Assembly: GCA_002633005.1 (NCBI GenBank)
Contig: NMRA01000264.1
Location: 124,001 to 188,000 of the forward strand
Length of the DNA stretch: 64,000 bases
Reading direction: 5' to 3'
Source: Phoronis australis
Taxonomy: Eukaryota; Animalia; Phoronida
The notes beneath the pieces are model-generated. The model did not search any database. It was not told where the DNA came from and saw only the letters and a program-made list of their open reading frames with translations. The position numbers and the translations under genes are program-made. This document shows, in pieces, positions 38,801 through 47,800 of the stretch; within the stretch, counting starts at the first letter, position 1, and the number at the start of each line of letters is the position of its first letter.

Positions 38801-41800
38801 GGAATGCTGGTTATGGCTGCTTTAATTTATTTTCATGTTGGTTTGTTTATTTTGTGGTCTATGCTTCTCTTAAACTGTGGTGATAATATTATTTTTAAGT
38901 ATGTGGGTACATATTGCCATCAGCTCTGTCTGGGCATCCGGCATCCGCAGCTGTATCTCCTAAACCCCTTGCAGGACCTTAATAATGAGATTTAGCAGGT
39001 GTGTTTTTATGCAGCTGACGACAGATGACGATGACTTTCGGACCAATCCAACTACTACTATGCCCCCTAGTGGCATTTTTTACGGTTGCCTTTGTAGCTT
39101 CATAATTCTTGGGTGGATTTTCATGAAATTTGGAAAATAGGTTTCTGTTCTGAAGGCTACGACATCTTTACATTTTTGGATGTCTTTTACAATTTTACGC
39201 CACCTAGTGGCCGTTTTTCAATTTTGGAGTTTGTTTTTGGCATCCACCTTTCTCCCTGCCAAACTGCTTGAAGGATCTTTCTGAAAATTGGCAGGTGTGT
39301 TTCTGATGAAGAGACCGCACTTGATGTTGATTTTTGGGAATGTTTGACTACTCTGGTGCTCCCTAGTGGAAATTTTGTTTTATTATACATCCACGGCTGT
39401 ATGTTCTTATAACCCTTTGCAGGAACTTTGGGAAATTTGGCAGATGTGTTTCTATGGAGTTGATCACAGATGACGATGAGTTTCAACCCTGATGGTTGGT
39501 GTGCCCCCTAGTGGCAATTTTATTTTTTTACATTTTCCTGTGTGTCATTGAGTTTATTGAGGGCTGTTCCAGTAAAATCCGTGTGGGAGGGGGGGGACGG
39601 CAGTAGAAATAAAAATTCATGGGTGGTGGTCTTCAGAAAAAACTCAAATTATGGGTGGTCGTTCCTGTAATAAGTAATGCATTAAAAATGGGTGGTATTT
39701 TTTGACCTGTTAATGTCGATAGGTTGGTTACTTCAGCGGTAAAAACTCAAAAATAAATGCAATTGTCCTAACTTATCCAAATACAAAAAAGCCCATATTG
39801 CCAGTGAACAGAGTGCAATATGTTCACTAAGCATTAATTTGAGCCAACTGTTTGTCTGCAGTCCTATTGAATTGAAAAGTTATGCAACACTGAACTGGTG
39901 TTAACACATATCAGAAAATTGATGATTTTTAAATAAAAAGTATGAGGAGTAAGATAAACAAGTTCCAATATTCACTTGACATAGAAGTATAGAAGAGTTC
40001 GTGGAGACAGTTTGAGATCCATAGATCCTTATAAATGAAAAAAATGTTCATTGAAATTATAGACACATGGTGAACAGAGACACCTGGTGGCTGCCAAAAG
40101 TATTGCTCACAGGCTACTTTAGTTTTTGACAATATTGGACAAGACAACTAGTTCTTGTCTGTCAGTCATCTAAGTTCTTAATAGGTCCTCCTGGAGGCAA
40201 TTTGTTTGCAAGTGTTGGATTTTATATTTTAACCTATTAAAAATAATTAAAAAATTATGGGTCATGGGTTGGAGAAATAAATGAAAAATACGGGCGGTGG
40301 GTATGAAATAAAAGTGCCTTCCCCCCCTCCCATACAGATTTTGCTGGAACAGCCCTGATGGATTTTCATGAAACCTGGCAAATAGTTTTCTATTTAGATG
40401 ATGATAATGCCTTACCATTTTTGGACTGCTTTTATGCATTGTGTCCTTCTTAGTGGGGATTTTTAACAGTTTCGAGTCTATTTTTGGCATTTGCCTCTGT
40501 ATCCGCCAAACTACTTGAAGGATCACTGTGAAAAATTGCAGATGTGCTTCTGATGAGAAGGCCACGGCTGACATTGATGTTCGGACGGGTTCCACTACTT
40601 TTGCACCTTCTAATGGTGTTTTTTTGTCTACGGCTGTGTCTCCTTTATCTGTCGACTACCACTGTGTGCCCCTAGTGTTTCAGTTGGTTACATTTGCCTG
40701 TATCGGAGTTCATCGATTGATTTTCATGAAGTTCGGTAAATAGGTTTCTATTATTAGTTGATTACAATAGTCTTCCATTTTCTTATGGATTTGATGTATT
40801 TTTGCATCACCTAGTGGCTATTTTTTTTGAGTGCGTTTTTGGTTCTTGATAAAAAGACATTGATTTGTGCACAAATTTGACAACTCTGGTGCTTCCTGGT
40901 GACGATTTTTGTCTTTTTTGATTTCTTGACTCTATCTCCTTACTCTTTTAAGGATCTTTGTGAAATTTTACAAGAAGTTGTTTTATATTATAAATGTGAC
41001 TACGTTTACTTAGGACTTTTGAATGGCTCTGACTATGCTGTACCTCCTAGTCTAGAGGCATCTTTTACTTTTTGCATTTACATCTTTTACTTTAGAGTTC
41101 TTCGACAGTTTTTATTGAAATGTGGTAAACAAGTTTCTGTTATGATGCAGTAGCATCTATCCATTTTGGGATGGATTTGACGTATTCTGCACCATTCTGT
41201 TCATTTTTTGACACTAATAAATACCTCTAGAAGCACACTGTTTGCCTTGCTGTCATGGGCGCATTTCAAGGCTTTGCGTTGCTCATGTATTTTGAATCTG
41301 TGCACCAGTGAATGCCATTGTAGATACATTTATGTTTTTACTGTCTTTGTTCTTAATATCAGACCATGATTTGCATTGGTTTGGCTTCAGGTACAATTCA
41401 GCCGATTCACTTGGTGGGAACTAAAGAACCTCCGTTTTATGAACAAATCTATGTCATAGTTCCACTGTGTGCCGGCTTCATCATTGTCATTTGTACAAGC
41501 CTGGCAGTCATTCTCTATTGTAAACGACGTCAGGAGGAACTCAAAAACAAAGGTAGGTTGACCAGCAATGCCGCTGTTGGCCGTGAGTGTTTTGACGAGA
41601 CAACGCTACTCACCTTGGCTGAAGTGAGGTGAAGTGAGTGACCTGTGCTACTTATTCACAGCTATATAGTCTTTTAATTGCTAGAACTGTCTATGTCAAA
41701 TGGGCACTTTGTTCTTATCATCATAGATTATCATTTGTTGTCACCATTTTTGAGGTACTCTTTATGATGAAGCTTGTACATTGAGCTGTGGTTGAATTGT

Positions 41801-44800
41801 GTGTTTGGAAGCTGGTGCCTTGTATTTTTATAATTTTATCATACAGTAAAAAATTTGTGATGAGGTAAAAACCTTAATGCAATTTCTCCGTTCCCCATTC
41901 TGTTGAAAGAAGTTGGAAATCGCCACCTTCTACACTCATTAATTATTTTTGCGTGAGGTGACAAATTATAAATTTAAATAACAAAATAGCTGCTTTGTCA
42001 CCATGAGACTGCATGGATACGGAAATGGCCCTGAATTACAGTTGTAGGAAAGGTTGTATGTCGAGTCTTTCAGCATTTGTTTCTGAAGTTTCTTCATTGA
42101 GGAGTGTCTTTATCTTTGGAAATAAAAGTTGCTGGTTTAAAAATCTCATTCAAGTAAGAGGTCTAAAATTTCATTGTAACCTCATGACTGACATGCAATA
42201 TTCTTCCTTAACATGGAAAATTCTTACTTAGTGTACTGTCCCTTTCTTCCAAAATTGGCAGTCCAGTAATGTGCTACGCATGTGCTGTGACAATGTCACC
42301 TGTCATTTCAGAAGTGACGTACAACTTAAGGCGAGACATTACTGCTGAAACATCGCTCATGAACGACCTTGACAAACGCGTCATCACAGATTTTGAGGAT
42401 GACACAAATCCAGAGAGTATTCGCAATGTAAACNTTTGTTCTTATCATCATAGATTATCATTTGTTGTCACCATTTTTGAGGTACTCTTTATGATGAAGC
42501 TTGTACATTGAGCTGTGGTTGAATTGTGTGTTTGGAAGCTGGTGCCTTGTATTTTTATAATTTTATCATTCAGTAAAAAATTTGTGATGAGGTAAAAACC
42601 TTAATGCAATTTCTCCGTTCCCCATTCTGTTGAAAGAAGTTGGAAATCGCCACCTTATACACTCATTAATTATTTTTGCGTGAGGTGACAAATTATAAAT
42701 TTAAATAACAAAATAGCTGCTTTGTCACCATGAGACTGCATGGATACGGAAATGGCCCCGAATTACAGTTGTAGGAAAGGTTGTATGTCGAGTCTTTCAG
42801 CATTTGTTTCTGAAGTTTCTTCATTGAGGAGTGTCTTTATCTTTGGAAATAAAAGTTGCTGGTTTAAAAATCTCATTCAAGTAAGAGGTCTAAAATTTCA
42901 TTGTAACCTCATGACTGACATGCAATATTCTTCCTTAACATGGAAAATTCTTACTTAGTGTACTGTCCCTTTCTTCCAAAATTGGCAGTCCAGTAATGTG
43001 CTACGCATGTGCTGTGACAATGTCACCTGTCATTTCAGAAGTGACGTACAACTTAAGGCGAGACATTACTGCTGAAACATCGCTCATGAACGACCTTGAC
43101 AAACGCGTCATCACAGATTTTGAGGATGACACAAATCCAGAGAGTATTCGCAATGTAAACCTATTGATACAGTTAGATCCTACAGATGGTGACATGCCAG
43201 ATGGAACTGTTCCGCCATGGGGATTTAATTCTTCCAACAGTGAGAACAGCTTTCACGCCGGTATGATATGTTCCTGTTTTAGATTTTTTTCATTTGGGTC
43301 TGTAAACTCGCTGAGGCTTTGTGCTCCAAGATATGTGCTTGCGTTCCTTTTAGTATTTTTATGATGGAGCTGTGCTTTTCTAAATCTTGTAATGTTTGAG
43401 TAGTCTAACTTCTACAAGATGTGCTCCTGTACAATTTAAGGCAAATGAGAACCAATAAAAGTCAACTTTTCTTGCGCTCAATTGTTGAGATTTGTTTAGC
43501 AACTTAATGTCATTGCTATAATTGCACGTAACTTTTTCGTTATTTTCTGTTTTACTTTATTCTTTTTCAAGTTGTTACTTTTCCTGTATTCGCACCACAT
43601 TTCAGCTTTATTAAGTGGGAGTCATTTGTATCTGTCTTTACATTCAAGCACGACCGCTGTTTGGTTTTTGTGCCAAATAAGCACTGATTTTATTACCAGT
43701 ATCTACACTGGACCAACTGCTTTCAATTCACGTAAAGCCATGAAACTCCAATGACAGTAAAGTTTTGTGGTAGCTTCACCTGGTGTTGTGATGTGTCACT
43801 TTTGATGACTAGACTGAACTGTTTCCACAGCAACATCACTTTGAGAATTTTCTTGGGAAATCCATAAATCTCTTATAACATTAATGGATAACAACAATTT
43901 TAGTCCAATATTTTTTTAATTATCCTCATTCAAACATGTCTGCTATTGAAATTCATCGAAAGCAGTTGTTCGACATTATCTCTTGTGTGCATCTCTATTC
44001 TGGCAAAGAAGCACTGCTTTTGTTGTAGTTTTAATTTGTTTCACCAAAGAGCATCAGTGCTATTTTACTCAGTACTCTATCTTCTGTCACTCGCTGTCTG
44101 CCTATCACTATTAGTTCTGCTCGTGCACGTCTGCCGCTTATTTCACCTTTCAGTTTGCTACGGCGATGACATCACTCCTTACGCCACCTTCCATTTTACC
44201 AATCGCTTTACGTCTGCAGACGACAATGCTGACAACGAGAACCGTACAAACAGCACCACGAGCCCACCACTAACCACGTTCCACACGTCTGCTCTCCATC
44301 AGTCAGATGATTCATTGGTTGCACAGAAGCAGCAGGCCAGGCAGAAGGTAAGGGCCGAGTGTGAATGTCTTAAAATAACCAACTGAAATCTTAGTGCACA
44401 CTTTGTATTCAATGTCATCTCAGTTTATAATTCCACACTTAACTGGTTGCAACAACGCAAGATAGGAGTGGATTTAGTGACAATTTTTCAACAAGGGTTC
44501 AATGTTGGCAGTATTACTTAAAGACCCATGACACACTATCAGGGGGTTTTTGTTTTGAAGTGGACTTCTCGGTTTTGGTTCGTTAATGCACAGAGTTAGA
44601 ATTCCTGATTACACTTATTAACACTGTGGACGGAATGGAGTTACTGATTTCTTAAACGAAAAAATTCAACACTAAGAACAGCGTTGTGTTGACTTAAAGT
44701 TTACAGAGCAACTGGTTACTAAGACGTCAAGGTAATTTTAGCTCAGTGGTGGATACGAAGAACAGATAGATTCAAAGGCTTGTTCTTTGAGTTGAATAAT

Positions 44801-47800
44801 CAAAAACGTAGGTGAGTTTGTGATCACATGAACATAGTGATTGTGCAGTAATTATGACCTTTGTATTTGACAGATGATGACATTCAAAGTGAGTGACTTC
44901 CCACCTCCTCCAGCTGAACTACTGGCTGAAGGCTCTACTTGTCAGACTAACCTGGCTTTCCATCCATCAGGTACTGTTTGTTCAAATATCTGTTGAAATT
45001 TTGATGTAGTGAAATGAATGTTCAATGTACGTAATGAACAGTTCACTCCATTATGCACTGTTCTGTCATTGTTGTGCTGTGATGTACAGTGAAACTGTAA
45101 AGTTTCCCAACTGGGAGCTTTGATTCTTTTTTTTCAAAATGTGATTAAAACTCTTCAAACTTCTGACAGGGCTAATTTGAACAATATCCATGTCAGAATT
45201 ATTTCATTTTTATGCATTCTGATGTAAACTTTTTTGAATTGTTGTCTCAAAAAGAATTAAATTTGAAAATCCTTAAAGTGAAACTTTACAGCAAAATCAG
45301 TTGTGTATTTAGCATGTTTTGTGTCGTCGTGGTCCGGCTTAGGAATTGTTGTGGCTAATATAGTGTGTGTTGTCTCCCCTGTTGGCATGCAGCTCCGCGC
45401 AGAGTTCGTTTCAAGGATGTTCCGGAATCATGTAGCGACACGGAAGTAATGAGCCATGCGCCCAAAAGGTGGCCAGGATTAGAATGCTTAGTACTTAGTG
45501 ACTGTAGCGTATCTTCGTCGGATTGCGAGACGAAATCTAAAAAATCTACTTGGCAAGAAGGTAGAATAGTGTGTTAGAGAAACTCGTGTTATGTTTGGTT
45601 GGAAATTGTGGTGGAATACGTTGTAAGATATCAGTTTTCTGTGCTTAGTTTTTGTTGTTTTAAGTTATCATTCACAGTACTTGCTGTTTGGAAGAGATCA
45701 CTATCTAGTAGCAATTCCATGCTGTTTCTGGTTAGCTGAGATTTATTTTATAGTTAGCCACAAAGTCTTATCTTTAGCATTTACTTCATATCTTGCCATG
45801 GTTGAAGTGTTGTGAGTTGACAAGAATTATATATAGTACAGCTGAATACCATATATTATGTTTTCAATTTTGACTTTATATCTTTTCGTGCACGAGTCTT
45901 TTGTATAACAAAGTCAATTCTAAAGCCAAGAATAGAATTTCATCTTTCTGAAACTGTCCGCTTGATGTCATTCTTTATCTGTTAACTTAAACAATTCTGT
46001 AAGTTTAATGAAGGTCAGATGTAATTAATTATTAGCTCTATTTTAATACATTGCTGTTGTCTGCGTGCCCACACATATCCAACTGACCTTTTACCTTTCT
46101 TGTAGGGGTCATACTAAGTCCTTCCAAATATGCCAGTGCAGAACATATTCACTCTATATTTTACGGAGGTGTGAGGTTACCTACTCCCTCGTCGTTGTCA
46201 TTTATCCCCAAATCTCGTCACGGCTCAAGACCTGGAAGTTCGGCGGAACGAGGCATGAATTGTTGTGTTGTTTTGCTTAAAGTGCTTTCACTATAGATGT
46301 TGTGACCACAGATGATTCTACTGACAATAATTGTGATAAGTAGAGTTATGCTTGTTTATCACTATACAGATGATTCTATTGACAATAATTGTGATAAGTA
46401 GAGTTATGCTTGCTTATCACTATACAGATGATTCTATTGACAATAATTGTGATAAGTAGAGTTATGCTTGCTTATCACTATACAGATGATTCTATTGACA
46501 ATAATTGTGATAAGTAGAGTTATGCTTGCTTATCACTATACAGATGATTCTATTGACTATAATTGTGATAAGTAGAGTTATGCTTGCTTATCACTATTCA
46601 TTCGATGGTTTATGTGTGGATGTGATATGAAAATGTCCTTTGAATGATTGCCGCAGTTTGAGAGCTACTTTTATCTAATCATATTGTAAAGTGTTCTTTC
46701 AGTCATATTTTAAAGAAATGTTTCCAGAAACGTAACATGTTGATTTGAAGGGAAAGCATGCTTTTACTGTTGATTTGAATCATTTTTTAGTTTTCTTGCA
46801 TGTTCACGTGAAATGTTTTCATATTTTTGGAATTAATGTAAAGTTTTTTAATCCACTGAAAATGTGAAAGTTTTTGTTGATTTTTCTAAGGCATTTGAAG
46901 GAATTAATCACTGCAGTACTTGAAAAAGCTTGTTGTTGTACTATTAGTGAAAAATAATTCAAAGTTTTCTTTCTGCAGGTAGCCACTGTGGAAAATAACT
47001 TGAGGGTTTCCTCATTTTGCAGGTAGCCACCGCGCAAGTACATTGTCAAGTATCACCACCGTGTCGTCCAGTAGAGAGGAGCTTCTCCAGGCCTATGAAA
47101 ATGCCCGTTACAACCCCAACCCAGCTGCAGAGTTCACAGAGAAACCGCCAAACAGTAGTAGTACTTCACATACATCCCAGCCCACCGACTGTTCCGAGTC
47201 CACAGAGCCTGGCATAAGACAGTTCACTCAAGCTCCACCCAGGCCCGAGGAATGTAGGCAGTCTTCATGTGAGGTGCCCATGTATGAAGGTATGGTGTCT
47301 GGTTTTAAGGTTTTTAAGTTTTATGTTCATACAGAGATGTATATTTAGAGACGTTTTGCATTCTAGCTGGTTGGCAGTATGGCAGTAAGTGGTAAAAAGT
47401 ACTGAGTGGAAAAATGCAATTGTTTAACACAGATAGTAGGCAATTTGATTCATAGTAAAATATTTTGGACTTAATTAAAGCAGATATAAACACACGTTTC
47501 ATTCAAGAAGCAAACTTTTGACCTAAATCATTTATCATTTTGAAGTTGGTCTCAAATTGTTCCTTAGTGAGAAGTGATATCTGAGTTTGCAAAGAACCGA
47601 CAGTTGGTTATTATAAAATGACGCAACGCTGTTACAAGCCAAACCATGGAGCCTCATCTCAAGCATTAGCAAATTCTTTCAAAGATATCCAGTTTGACGG
47701 AGGATCATTTTCAGACCAATTCTCACCTTCCGCATTGATCGCTCTCCCATACCGTGAGATTCAAAATAGCTGCACATCTCCAGATATGGCGGGCAGGTCA

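Noticed and set aside
42312-42433. Second copy of the first cytoplasmic exon
   Set aside because: It is truncated at a single N inside a 726-bp near-identical duplicate, so it is probably an allelic overlap artefact.
46309-46597. Palindromic repeats resembling a CRISPR array
   Set aside because: The units are contiguous with no unique spacers, there are no cas genes, and the context is a eukaryotic intron. The same applies to 27341-27521 and 53072-53368.
47714-47795. Extra cytoplasmic exon [13 protein letters not shown]..
   Set aside because: The best donor (gtcagc) gives an incompatible phase, and there is no recognisable motif.
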